IMG/VR virus record: IMGVR_UViG_3300030390_002309
Coordinates: 32,001-96,000 of that record
Direction: 5' to 3' (one strand)
Length of the DNA: 64,000 nt
Origin: a virus
Part shown: one piece after another, positions 54,429 to 64,000 of the stretch
Layout: every line of letters begins with the position of its first letter
How positions within the stretch are numbered: the first letter of the stretch is position 1
Translations under genes and position numbers: made by a program
The notes under the pieces: model-generated
The model's database searches: none
What the model saw: the letters and a program-made list of their open reading frames with translations, nothing else
What the model was told of the DNA's origin: nothing

Positions 54429-55433
54429 TTATAATTGACTATTTATCCAATCATAAGTTTTTCTCATGCCTTCAATTAATGGCTGAGACACTGACCATCC
54501 TATCTTTTCTTTGTACAATGTATTATCAGAATTTCTACCATTAACACCAATTGGACATTTATGGCCATATGTATCGATAAAATCTTGACCATCAATATTA
54601 TATATTCCTAATTCTTTTCCTGATACTTCAATTGCCATTTTTGCAAAATCATTAATCGATAACATCTCTTCTGAGCCAATATTAACAGGCCCAACAAAAT
54701 CTGACCTCATTAATTTAATAGTTGCTTCAATACACTCATCGATATAAAGAAATGACCTTGTTTGATTTCCTGGTCCCCATACTTCAATATTTTCATGTTC
54801 TTTTGCAGCCGCCGCCTTTCTACATAGTGCCGCAGGTGCTTTTTCTCTCCCACCTTTCCAAGTCCCTTCTGGTCCAAAGATATTATGGTATCTTGCAATT
54901 CTCACGTTCAATCCTTTATTTTTAGCAAAGGCTAGAAACAATCTTTCACTAAATAATTTCTCCCATCCATATTCAGAATCAGGTGCTGCAGGATATGCAG
55001 AATCTTCTGTACAATTAGGATTATCAGGGTCTAATTGATTATATTCTGGATACATACATGCGGATGATGAATAAAATATTTTTTTAATATTACTTTTAAT
55101 ACATTCTAATGTTACATTTAGATTTATCAAAGCTGAGTTATGCATTATATCTGCATCATTTTCTCCCGTAAATATAAATCCTGCTCCACCCATATCTGCT
55201 GCAAACTGATAAACTTCTGTCCATTGTTCATTTGGTTGAATAGGACATTGCATTACCTGTTTTACTAAGTTAGGATCTCTAAGATCTCCTTGTACAAAAT
55301 CATCTGCTGCTGTATCTGCAAACTCTGGATATTTTAAATCAACTGCTCTTACCCAGAAACCTTCTTTTTTTAATCTCTTAACCATATGGCTTCCGATAAA
55401 ACCTCCACCGCCTAATACTAATGCTGTTTTCAT
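54429..55433 (-). CDS. GDP-mannose 3,5-epimerase-like NAD-dependent epimerase
   Basis: GGGGFIG, AADMGGAGFI, SSSACMYP, YGWEK, GGREKAPAALCRK. Confidence 0.88.
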   Translation of the reverse strand: MKTALVLGGGGFIGSHMVKRLKKEGFWVRAVDLKYPEFADTAADDFVQGDLRDPNLVKQVMQCPIQPNEQWTEVYQFAADMGGAGFIFTGENDADIMHNSALINLNVTLECIKSNIKKIFYSSSACMYPEYNQLDPDNPNCTEDSAYPAAPDSEYGWEKLFSERLFLAFAKNKGLNVRIARYHNIFGPEGTWKGGREKAPAALCRKAAAAKEHENIEVWGPGNQTRSFLYIDECIEATIKLMRSDFVGPVNIGSEEMLSINDFAKMAIEVSGKELGIYNIDGQDFIDTYGHKCPIGVNGRNSDNTLYKEKIGWSVSQPLIEGMRKTYDWINSQL

Positions 55434-56275
55434 TATGACATCTCCTTTATAATCATTTGTATACCTTTTTCTAAACTAATCTTTGGTGTCCAAAAATTTA
55501 ATATATATTCATCGGCCTCATTACGTTTATCTAACTGTACTAAATCTTTTGATTTGCCTGGTATAATATCTATATCATCAAACTTAGTTTCTAATAGAAT
55601 ATTTTGAGCTACTATATTAGCTACATCTATAATAGAGTTCCATTTAAAATTAGTAATATGATATTCTCGATCTTTATCAAGTTTATCATAACACTGACTC
55701 AATTCTAATAAACAATCTGAACAATCATCTGCATGGAGGAACTGTCTTTGTTCTGTACCGTCCGATAACATTTCTATTTTACCAGTATCTTTTGCTTTTA
55801 AAATAAAATCAGTTATTACATGTGATTTTTCTAAATCTTTTTCTGGTCCATATACGTTCCAAAACTTTACAGTTAAGCCTTCTAATGAGTCTGTATATCT
55901 TTCTCCAATTGCTTTTGCAACTCCATATGGCGAATGACTCATATTGGACATTTGACTAGATGCGAATATAAATTTCTTATTATACTTCTTTATTAGTTCA
56001 AATGTGTTACTCATCAATCTAATATTATTATGTAAGAAATTAAATGTATGTTGATATTTAGCTAAATACCTCGACCCACCTACATCAAATGCTAAGAAAT
56101 ATATAAAGTCTGATTTATTAACTAAATCTTCTAATATTTTATTGTCATGTATCCTTAGGTCTTGAAACTGGTTATCTACTATATCAAATTTTAAAACTTC
56201 ATGTCCCTTAAGTTGTAAATAATTACAGAGACAGTTGCCAATCTGGCCGGCCGATCCCAATACTAAATATTTCAT
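55433..56275 (-). CDS. NAD-dependent epimerase/dehydratase
   Basis: GSAGQIG, YGVAK, NVYGP; start re-picked. Confidence 0.85.
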   Translation of the reverse strand: MKYLVLGSAGQIGNCLCNYLQLKGHEVLKFDIVDNQFQDLRIHDNKILEDLVNKSDFIYFLAFDVGGSRYLAKYQHTFNFLHNNIRLMSNTFELIKKYNKKFIFASSQMSNMSHSPYGVAKAIGERYTDSLEGLTVKFWNVYGPEKDLEKSHVITDFILKAKDTGKIEMLSDGTEQRQFLHADDCSDCLLELSQCYDKLDKDREYHITNFKWNSIIDVANIVAQNILLETKFDDIDIIPGKSKDLVQLDKRNEADEYILNFWTPKISLEKGIQMIIKEMS

Positions 56276-56967
56276 TATATTTTCCTCATTATTGTTAATC
56301 CATGGTTTACTGGAATAGTACATAGTTCATATTTATGTGATCCATTTTCTTCAATAAATTTATTAACTCCTCCCCATGGACCTGTACCTTTAAATTCTCC
56401 ATCTGTAAAAATAGTATCATTATATTCTGGAGTTGAATTAGAATGCATTAGATCATGTAATAGTATTACTGTTTTGTTTGTTATAAATGGTTTCAATAAA
56501 GTTAATTCATTATATACATGTTCACTAGTATGCCAATCATCGATCATAATCAAATCATATCCGGATGATTGATTTTTTAAAAAGTCAATTGCATCAGCAA
56601 TGATAAAGTTCCAATTATGTTTAAGATGTGATGGGCATTGAAATGTAGTATCTTCTATATCAACTGATGTTAATTTTGATTCAATTCCATATAAATTTAA
56701 TAACTGACATCCTACTAATAAGCTATGTGTCGATCTGCCATCACGACATCCTAATTCTAATATATTATTTGGTTTGGTTGATAATATTATAGCTAATAAT
56801 GTAGCTTGATGGAAACTACTATCACCTGGGCCACTTATCGTATCATCAATTATTCTAACTATACTATTAATAACATCTCCATGGAGGTTTGATTTTGCTG
56901 TATTACTTAACCAATCAAAATTCATTGGTTTTGGTTTTTCATTACCATACATATCAGTGTTTGACAT
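56275..56967 (-). CDS. Class I SAM methyltransferase (Methyltransf_24-like)
   Basis: ILELGCRDGRST, DLIMIDDWH, LLHD. Confidence 0.85.
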   Translation of the reverse strand: MSNTDMYGNEKPKPMNFDWLSNTAKSNLHGDVINSIVRIIDDTISGPGDSSFHQATLLAIILSTKPNNILELGCRDGRSTHSLLVGCQLLNLYGIESKLTSVDIEDTTFQCPSHLKHNWNFIIADAIDFLKNQSSGYDLIMIDDWHTSEHVYNELTLLKPFITNKTVILLHDLMHSNSTPEYNDTIFTDGEFKGTGPWGGVNKFIEENGSHKYELCTIPVNHGLTIMRKI

Positions 56968-56968
56968 T

Positions 56969-58042
56969 TTATCTTAATTTTAAGTGTGTTGTTAATTTTA
57001 AAAATTCAGCTTCATCGAATGGACTACTATTAATTGATATAACTGATTTATTAAATTTTTCTAAAACATGTTCTGCCCAAGATAGTTTTCTCTGCATATC
57101 ATCTAACAAAACTAAATTTGTATTTGGACAATAATATAAAGACAAGTCTGCAAATCCTGTTGCTGCTGTAATAAATGTATTTGCATGATATATTATTTGT
57201 AATAATTTTTTAACATCTAAAAATCCTTTCATTGTTATTTTAGATACAAACTCATTATCCTTTATATTATATTCTACTAGATCATCTATCACTAATAATC
57301 TTCTTTTGTTTGATATATAATATTCACATATCCTTTCAAAGAGATTTTTATCTAAATGTCCAAATCCTGGCTTATCTTCATTTGTCCTCGTCTTCCAAGA
57401 ATTTTTAACAAAAATTACATCATATTCGCCTTCGATGGTTCTAGAAATATTTCTAAGCATATGTTTTGATTTGTCCCAGCCATATGTCCATTTTCCGTTG
57501 CCATGAAACTTTCCATATTCACATGTGTTTGGTAAAATTAAATCTCCTATCTCCCCAGTTGCATATTTATATTCAATCTGTGGATTAGGAAACATTATAT
57601 AGTCCCAAGTTTTAGTTTTACCGATTGGATATATAATGTTTTTAAATTGGTATTTGTTTAGTATAGATTCAAATTCATCTTCATTAAAGTTTCTTATTGT
57701 TTTCCAAAATGCAATTCCTTTATCTTTTATACTAGACATATTTTGTTTAAGTAAATCTGTTTCTTTACTTTCTAAATATGCATTTGAGGTATCAATAAAA
57801 GTATCTAGTACAATTAGTTCGTCAACTTTATCTTCATAAAAAAATTCATGTCCAGGAAAGCATGTTGCTATAATAGGACTTTGATTTTTTTCAAAGAATT
57901 CAGAAAATAGTTCATTAAAATAAAAAGGAAACCAACCATATTCATGCCATATATATCCAATAAAACTATACTGATTAGTATCTAGCTTGTTAAGATATAA
58001 ATCTAATTCTTTACATGATGATATATGTTGTATCTTAGCCAT
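56969..58042 (-). CDS. Hypothetical protein, possible GT-B fold
   Basis: Cluster context; ANTFITAATG resembles the GT9 C-terminus. Confidence 0.5.
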   Translation of the reverse strand: MAKIQHISSCKELDLYLNKLDTNQYSFIGYIWHEYGWFPFYFNELFSEFFEKNQSPIIATCFPGHEFFYEDKVDELIVLDTFIDTSNAYLESKETDLLKQNMSSIKDKGIAFWKTIRNFNEDEFESILNKYQFKNIIYPIGKTKTWDYIMFPNPQIEYKYATGEIGDLILPNTCEYGKFHGNGKWTYGWDKSKHMLRNISRTIEGEYDVIFVKNSWKTRTNEDKPGFGHLDKNLFERICEYYISNKRRLLVIDDLVEYNIKDNEFVSKITMKGFLDVKKLLQIIYHANTFITAATGFADLSLYYCPNTNLVLLDDMQRKLSWAEHVLEKFNKSVISINSSPFDEAEFLKLTTHLKLR

Positions 58043-58815
58043 TATTTTTTTATTTTACAGATCGGTATATCTATCATCTTATGTTGATTCTGTTTATTAA
58101 ATTTATTGTATATATTTAAAACTTCTTGTTGTCGATTTGTTAATGTAAATCCTTCTTCATATCCCATTGCCCATTCCAACTCATCATATGTTGCCCCTAA
58201 TTGATCTTCATCGGTTCTATCATCATCCCATAAGCCATCAGTAGGTTTTGCTGTAATTATGTTATCAATGACTCCTAAGTCTTTTGCAGCTTCTCGGACC
58301 TCTGATTTCATTAGATCTGCTATTGGTGAAATATCTACGCCGCCATCACCATATTTGGTATAAAACCCAACACCAAAGTCTTCAACTTTATTTCCTGTGC
58401 CTACAACGAGGCCATTATTTGTTTGAGCAATTTGATATAATGTTGTCATTCTTAATCTAGCTCTAGAGTTTGCTAATGCAAGTTTATTAAGTTCAACCGT
58501 CTTAGGGTCATTATCATGGTCTGCAAACAACATCTCAAATGTATCATATACATGAGTTAGCGGAAGTCTTATATTAGAAATATTATTATATTTAGCCTTT
58601 AACCATTTAATATGTTCATTGGCTCTTTCTTCTTGATCTGAATGTTGATGTATTGGCATTGATACTACAATTGTATTGATTCCCGTTTCTGCACATAATG
58701 TAGATGTTAGTGCCGAATCAATTCCACCTGATATTCCTATAACGAATGAATTAATTTTACTAGACTCTGAATACGAAGTTAACCAATTTGTAATTTGTTC
58801 TATATGTTTATTCAT
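58042..58815 (-). CDS. nadE: NH3-dependent NAD+ synthetase
   Basis: GISGGIDS, NSRARLRM, GTGNKVE, GFYTKYGDGG, PTDGLW...TDE. Confidence 0.95.
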   Translation of the reverse strand: MNKHIEQITNWLTSYSESSKINSFVIGISGGIDSALTSTLCAETGINTIVVSMPIHQHSDQEERANEHIKWLKAKYNNISNIRLPLTHVYDTFEMLFADHDNDPKTVELNKLALANSRARLRMTTLYQIAQTNNGLVVGTGNKVEDFGVGFYTKYGDGGVDISPIADLMKSEVREAAKDLGVIDNIITAKPTDGLWDDDRTDEDQLGATYDELEWAMGYEEGFTLTNRQQEVLNIYNKFNKQNQHKMIDIPICKIKK

Positions 58816-59734
58816 GTGTATCTTTTATATAATTTTCTACATGCATAAGTTGCATATCTGGATTAAAATTTGCTGCTCCTATTGCTAATAATGAGTCATG
58901 GTGAAACATAATATCACATTTTGATAATAGTTGTGATTCTATTAATGCCTCTTCTCCTATCAATGCCCGATACTCTGGCATAAACTGTTTCCCTGCAGGA
59001 TTCCATCCTACTTCCTGTACTTTATGATATGGCACATCATTTATATAATAATCATCCGTACGGTGACATGGATATGATTTTACATTCTCAAAGTTATCTG
59101 ATATAAAATTGATTGCTTCATTTGAATCTGATGCGACAAATATACAATAGTCAGTAATATTATGTTCTAATATCCATTTGTTAACATACTCTTTATAATA
59201 TTCTAAACGTACATTATCTTTATGATATAATTCCTTTGCACCTCTCCCGCCTCGTAAATGAATACCTATTTTAGTTTTAGTAACAAGTGTATTATTTAAT
59301 AAATGTTCTTTGACAAAGTTATTTATTTTCATTTCAACATTTGGTTTGATAGAAATATACTTAGTGATAACTCTATTAGCTTCTCTCCTCCAATAATCAT
59401 CGACAATATTCCAATCTGGTTTTACTCTTAAACCACTAGTTTGTATATTCCTATGACCAAAATTTTGTGGAATTTCTTTTAAAAGAAAAGAATTATGATT
59501 ATCCTTAATTATATCATCATCTGATAATGTCGTTGGTAATTGTTCAAAATAATATTCCCATACATTAGTACTATCATTATAGCCGTTATTTGAGTAATAT
59601 TGTGAATCACTTCCCCATTTTATTATTGCTTGATGATCATTTTGTTCACACCAACGTAGATTATCTAATACTTGCATGAATGCAGAAAAGAACCCCCATT
59701 GATTACATCGTTCAATTAATATCTTCTTACCCAT
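58808..59734 (-). CDS. NodZ/O-fucosyltransferase-like glycosyltransferase
   Basis: GFFS, NVWEYYFEQ, GIHLRG, FVASD, EALIESQLLSKCD. Confidence 0.75.
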   Translation of the reverse strand: MGKKILIERCNQWGFFSAFMQVLDNLRWCEQNDHQAIIKWGSDSQYYSNNGYNDSTNVWEYYFEQLPTTLSDDDIIKDNHNSFLLKEIPQNFGHRNIQTSGLRVKPDWNIVDDYWRREANRVITKYISIKPNVEMKINNFVKEHLLNNTLVTKTKIGIHLRGGRGAKELYHKDNVRLEYYKEYVNKWILEHNITDYCIFVASDSNEAINFISDNFENVKSYPCHRTDDYYINDVPYHKVQEVGWNPAGKQFMPEYRALIGEEALIESQLLSKCDIMFHHDSLLAIGAANFNPDMQLMHVENYIKDTHE

Positions 59735-60422
59735 TATATTCCTCTATAAATTTTAATAATTTTTTACAATCCATATCACGTTCATTTTCTTTACTATTAT
59801 ATAATGATCTTACATTATCACGATCACCCCTTTTAATACGTTCTTGATGTGTTATATCTAATTCATGTTTACCAACTGCAGGATGTAAATGTTCTGTGTA
59901 TATATTTACCTTTACCAACCTTTTAATATTTCTAGCAACAGTTGTTAACCAATAATCATTCATGTCAGATGAAAAATACGGCGGCAAAAAGTATCCTACA
60001 GTTTCAACCCAGTTCTTATGCAAAAATGAATGAGTTGCTAAATCATCTTGACGTATGCCATCGCTGCCGTAAATTAATACTATTTTATCTTTATATTTAT
60101 CAAATTCATCGAGTACTACTTTGTCCCAAAGTGGAGTTCTGAATCTAATATCATCTCCACAATGCATTACTATATCAGCTGATGATTTTTCGTAACAACG
60201 ATTCCACATCACACTTAGATTCCCATCACCTCTTTCATCTATAATCGCATGTACATTTGCTCCCAATGACTCACACATTTTTATTGATTCGATATCATCT
60301 GAGTCAATATAAAATATTAATTCTATATCTTCTTTAAAGTGAGCATTTAAGTGAGCAGACTCCCATAATTCTTTCATGAAAGTTGGTCTTTTTCTAGTTG
60401 GGCAAAGTAAACTAATCTTCAT
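59727..60422 (-). CDS. Glycosyltransferase family 2
   Basis: LLCPTRKRP, IDSDD, CGDD. Confidence 0.8.
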   Translation of the reverse strand: MKISLLCPTRKRPTFMKELWESAHLNAHFKEDIELIFYIDSDDIESIKMCESLGANVHAIIDERGDGNLSVMWNRCYEKSSADIVMHCGDDIRFRTPLWDKVVLDEFDKYKDKIVLIYGSDGIRQDDLATHSFLHKNWVETVGYFLPPYFSSDMNDYWLTTVARNIKRLVKVNIYTEHLHPAVGKHELDITHQERIKRGDRDNVRSLYNSKENERDMDCKKLLKFIEEYNG

Positions 60423-61251
60423 ATCTTGTTATCCATTTTTTTAATTTATAGCTTGGCATCCATTTTAATTTTTTATATGTCTCTTCATAATCAGTTGAAC
60501 TCGAATCTCTATCTCCTAATCTTTCTGGTATAAGTTCATATTCATGGTCAAATAGTTCTGCTAATTCAAACATATCAAAACTTTCATTACTACTTAATTG
60601 ATACTCATCATTATCATTCCTAGCGGCTGCTAATATCAAACCATTAATAGTATCACCTACATATGTAAAATTCCTTCGTTGCGTTCCTGGTTTCACAATT
60701 GTTAAAGGCTCTCCACGTTTCTTTTGTTTTTCAAAAATACTAATTACTGTTTCCCATCCATTATCACATGTATCATGATATGGCCCATAATTGTTATAAA
60801 AGTAACATATAGCATATTTTAGGCCAAACCATTTGCTATAATTTTTAATCAACTCTGTATTCTGTGCTTTGGAAAACGCATATGGAGACTCATTTGCTCC
60901 ATTTGATGCAAATTTAGAACTTGATCCGGCATATACTATTTTAACATTATTTTTTCTACAATACTCAATAACTTTAGCAGTTGAATACATATTAGTTTCA
61001 ATTATCTTATCTGTATCATTAAAACTTGGTGCTATCTTTGAATACTCTCCTAAATGATATACTATTTCAGGTACTTCAGGTAACTGATCAATATACATAC
61101 AATCTGCAGAAATATATTGTACACCTTCAATATGGTTATTAATTTTACCGGAGGAATAATCATCCATAGAAATAACGTCCTTTCCTAATTCGACTAATCG
61201 TTTGCATAAGTTAGTACCTATAAATCCGGCTCCTCCTGTAACTAATATCAT
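60412..61251 (-). CDS. NAD-dependent epimerase/dehydratase
   Basis: TGGAGFIG, SPYAFSK, RNFTYVGD. Confidence 0.9.
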   Translation of the reverse strand: MILVTGGAGFIGTNLCKRLVELGKDVISMDDYSSGKINNHIEGVQYISADCMYIDQLPEVPEIVYHLGEYSKIAPSFNDTDKIIETNMYSTAKVIEYCRKNNVKIVYAGSSSKFASNGANESPYAFSKAQNTELIKNYSKWFGLKYAICYFYNNYGPYHDTCDNGWETVISIFEKQKKRGEPLTIVKPGTQRRNFTYVGDTINGLILAAARNDNDEYQLSSNESFDMFELAELFDHEYELIPERLGDRDSSSTDYEETYKKLKWMPSYKLKKWITRYED

Positions 61252-61799
61252 AACTTAATTATTACTCCTTCCCAATCTACTAATGGACGTCCTATTCTAG
61301 GCTCATCTCCTGCAGCTTCTCCTATATAAATAATGTCTGATGTATTGTTATTTTTAATAAACTCATCTACTGCATCTTTTACTGCCGGACTTTTTTCCGG
61401 TAACCCATAATCATCAAACACTAAATATTTAACTCCTTGTTTCAAACAATTTTGAATATCTTGTTTAACATAATGATATGAATGTATACAATCAATCATT
61501 GCAACATCTATATCTACATCTATACCCCAATCTGAACTATATACATCTCCATGTAAATATTCGATATTAGTACGATCATTATTATTCTTTTGTGCCTTTA
61601 ATACTAATTCATGACTATTTTCTATTGTGATTATACGATCAAATATCATACTCAGTATTCTTGTTGTCCATCCTTCATTAGTTCCTAATTCTATACACGA
61701 TTGTAATTTTTTTGGTTTAAAATAATTAATCAAATCTTGTTTGAATTTTAGAGATGTTGTATTTTTGTCTTGTCTTTTATCTGGTATTCCTTCTAGCAT
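61248..61799 (-). CDS. Class I SAM methyltransferase
   Basis: IELGTNEG, IDCIH, FDDYG. Confidence 0.8.
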   Translation of the reverse strand: MLEGIPDKRQDKNTTSLKFKQDLINYFKPKKLQSCIELGTNEGWTTRILSMIFDRIITIENSHELVLKAQKNNNDRTNIEYLHGDVYSSDWGIDVDIDVAMIDCIHSYHYVKQDIQNCLKQGVKYLVFDDYGLPEKSPAVKDAVDEFIKNNNTSDIIYIGEAAGDEPRIGRPLVDWEGVIIKL

Positions 61800-62521
61800 G
61801 ATATTTTATGTTTTTTAAATATATCTAATAATTCTGACGATACCAAATTTTTATCAATAAATTTATTGATGCCATCTGATTCATCAGGTTTGAATGCACC
61901 TACATTGATAGGCTTTGTTGCTGAATTATATCTTTGTTCGAATTGGGTACATCCAACATTGTATTGATTATTTAGTAATGAAAATCTAAATTGCAAAAAT
62001 GGATATAGTTTATAAACTAAATTAACTACATTTTCATCACCTTTATTATCAACTGCAGGATCCTGTCTATATTCTTTCATAAAGTCTATGATAAATTTCC
62101 ATACATCGATACTCTCAGGCTTTACAAAAATTGAACCAGTATTCCATTCTCGGCCATCGATATATCTACACATTCCTATATCACCTTCAAATTCAGGAAA
62201 CTCAAAAAGATTCAATGCCCAATCATCAAAATCATGAAACCAAAAAGGTTCTGTAATTAGTCCTTTATCTAATAATTCCCATATACCATATTGTTTATTA
62301 AAATATTTGTTAAACTTACATTCATGTTCTAATCTAACAATTTGTATATCTTTATATTCAAAGTCTAAATTAGTACATATGATAATATCTTTTGGGTTCC
62401 AGCCTATACTAAGATTATTATCTATTTGAGCTCTAAAATATCTAAATAGTTCTTCTTGTTGCCATTGATGGCCATATGTTACGTTGTTAACAAAGTCTTG
62501 GAATATAACTACATTTTTCAT
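61793..62521 (-). CDS. Putative GT-A glycosyltransferase
   Basis: WFHDFD, WNTGSIF, DE. Confidence 0.6.
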   Translation of the reverse strand: MKNVVIFQDFVNNVTYGHQWQQEELFRYFRAQIDNNLSIGWNPKDIIICTNLDFEYKDIQIVRLEHECKFNKYFNKQYGIWELLDKGLITEPFWFHDFDDWALNLFEFPEFEGDIGMCRYIDGREWNTGSIFVKPESIDVWKFIIDFMKEYRQDPAVDNKGDENVVNLVYKLYPFLQFRFSLLNNQYNVGCTQFEQRYNSATKPINVGAFKPDESDGINKFIDKNLVSSELLDIFKKHKISC

Positions 62522-63147
62522 ATCGTGTCGTAAAATGCATTTTGTTTTTCTTGTCTACCAATATCTTTTGGATGATATATTGCAAACTTTTCTTCTGGTG
62601 GAAGGTTTGCAAATTTTGTATAACCTTTCAATTGTTCATGAACAGGCTTTACCCAATATATGTTTTCATTATTTTTATATATTCTCATTTGCCAATCTGG
62701 AAAGTTTACCCATCCGTCTTCAGTTAATTTCCATCCCCATTTTGCAATATGTGTATCTGTTATACCTGCTACTGTATTTACTCTCGGTACCCAATATGCT
62801 TCTACATCTGAATTTGTTTCTAAAATAAATGGCAATGCTTCAATCAAATATTCATTAGGTATTTCATCTGCATCTATTTGAAATATCCAATCGCCATCAC
62901 AATTTTTATTCAAGTTGTTTTTATATTGTGCAAAGTTCTTATCTAACTTAAATTGTATAAGTTTATATTCATTAGATAATTTTGATTCCCATCTCTCACA
63001 TGCTTTAACTACCTCAGTAGTAGAATTATCAAAATCCATTTGGACTACTACTTGGTCCTCTTTTCTCTTATGTTCAAATAAGAATGTTAATAATTTTTCT
63101 ATCTCTTTATGCTCATTGCATACTGTTATCGCGTAACTTATTTTCAT
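62518..63147 (-). CDS. Glycosyltransferase family 2
   Basis: YAITVCNE, WIFQIDADE, PDWQMR. Confidence 0.88.
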   Translation of the reverse strand: MKISYAITVCNEHKEIEKLLTFLFEHKRKEDQVVVQMDFDNSTTEVVKACERWESKLSNEYKLIQFKLDKNFAQYKNNLNKNCDGDWIFQIDADEIPNEYLIEALPFILETNSDVEAYWVPRVNTVAGITDTHIAKWGWKLTEDGWVNFPDWQMRIYKNNENIYWVKPVHEQLKGYTKFANLPPEEKFAIYHPKDIGRQEKQNAFYDTI

Positions 63148-63619
63148 TGTCTATTGTCTCTTTTACTATAGAATATAGGTCTTCTAAGGCATTCTTAAAG
63201 TCACCCATATTATATGAATTAGCATTATCTACATCCAACTTAGACGTAAAGTATTCACCCTCCTTTCCTGGTATAGGGTATTGTAACCGTTCTTCTCCAA
63301 ATATTGAAATTACCTTAGCTACCTTCCATTCAAACTTTTTCGGCTCTCCTTCAGGATATAACATACCACCAGGCATTTGCATAAATGTTGGATACCATAC
63401 TAAATTAGTTTCTTTATCTGTAAATTTAACATCTATCATTAATGAAGTTAATTCTGCTTCATGTTTTTCCAAATAAGCACCGTCACTAATTAATTGATCT
63501 GTTGTCGTATATCCAGATTCCATACAAAGGTATGATATAACATTATTATCTGGTTCTGCTTCTACTACAACACATTTGTTACCAGTGATAGGTGATATTT
63601 CATCAAAATCTATATTCAT
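63113..63619 (-). CDS. Hypothetical protein
   Basis: ORF in gene string. Confidence 0.7.
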   Translation of the reverse strand: MNIDFDEISPITGNKCVVVEAEPDNNVISYLCMESGYTTTDQLISDGAYLEKHEAELTSLMIDVKFTDKETNLVWYPTFMQMPGGMLYPEGEPKKFEWKVAKVISIFGEERLQYPIPGKEGEYFTSKLDVDNANSYNMGDFKNALEDLYSIVKETIDNENKLRDNSMQ

Positions 63620-63621
63620 AA

Positions 63622-64000
63622 TTAAACCTTTTTAAGTTTTGGTAATTTTAGTTTAGGCATTTCCATACTAGCCTTTTTAAGTTTTGGTAATGTCAATCCT
63701 ACTTGTGTTGGTACACTATTTAATCCCTCATCTACAATATTTTTAAATATTTCAGACATTTTCTCTAAACTAAAATTGTCCTTAACATATTGAGTTTGTT
63801 TTCTAGAATTATTAGAATATGTTTTATAATTTTTATATACATCTTGTAATACTGCGGCTGCATATCCATAATCAGTTGTAAACCATTGTGTGTTTTCTAA
63901 AATAAATTTATCTGCGGCTGATTTATGTACATTTGTTAAATGACCTGGTAACATCACACAATTATTAGGATGTAAAAAGTCTACATGGCCTGACCAATTC
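63622..64000 (-). CDS. C-terminal part of a GT4-like glycosyltransferase (runs off the window end)
   Basis: Frame stays open to 64000 (NWSGHVDFLH...); LTLPKLKK tail. Confidence 0.65.
   Translation of the reverse strand, partial: NWSGHVDFLHPNNCVMLPGHLTNVHKSAADKFILENTQWFTTDYGYAAAVLQDVYKNYKTYSNNSRKQTQYVKDNFSLEKMSEIFKNIVDEGLNSVPTQVGLTLPKLKKASMEMPKLKLPKLKKV

Noticed and set aside
1067-63476. Most plus-strand ORFs in the supplied track (e.g. 1067, 7624, 37543, 41352, 49087, 52592, 63084)
   Set aside because: They are antisense shadows of well-supported minus-strand genes, with no promoter motif and implausible composition; only 12793-13510, and possibly 3666-3740, look real.
1-64000. Alternative genetic code (TAG/TGA recoding, as in some large Bacteroidota phages)
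   Set aside because: Known enzymes are full length in code 11, TAG and TGA end genes at sensible positions, and no suppressor tRNA is seen.
1-64000. Window as a Flavobacteriales chromosome segment, given the T9SS protein, nadE and glycan genes
   Set aside because: No housekeeping operons, near-uniform strand, very many tiny ORFs, T4-like phage hypotheticals, and the same promoter family runs through the host-like blocks. No capsid or terminase gene is in the window, so the phage call remains an inference.

Overview
This 64 kb window is AT-rich, densely packed and almost entirely minus-strand. It reads as part of a large (jumbo-type) lytic phage genome, not a cellular chromosome: there are dozens of short hypothetical ORFs, tRNAs without encoded CCA, no housekeeping operons and two recurring promoter classes. 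The host is inferred to be Bacteroidota, probably aquatic Flavobacteriales. Evidence for this is 18 copies of a TTTG/TTAG-N20-TAnnTTwA promoter, a GE...AA tmRNA tag, T9SS C-terminal domains, and Hc1, DUF4494-, DUF2452- and ClpS-like proteins. Content in order: DNA repair genes (UvsE, ATP-dependent ligase, NEIL1-like glycosylase); single-gene early cassettes; an odd non-coding region near 12.6-15 kb; an AAA+/vWA pair split by tRNA-Arg and a GIY-YIG gene; a tmRNA/tRNA-Glu locus; a T9SS-cargo/beta-barrel/thioredoxin-fold operon; putative head-cargo proteins sharing an N-terminal KLKxxLxE motif; a lysin candidate; and a ~20 kb sugar-nucleotide/glycosyltransferase cluster containing nadE. The top candidate novelty is a circularly permuted, very compact two-piece tmRNA gene whose intervening segment is an intact tRNA-Glu (26370-26660). 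The second is a long-range RNA structure that brackets an outer-membrane-protein gene (8114-8656). All family calls come from motif recognition by eye; no searches were run.
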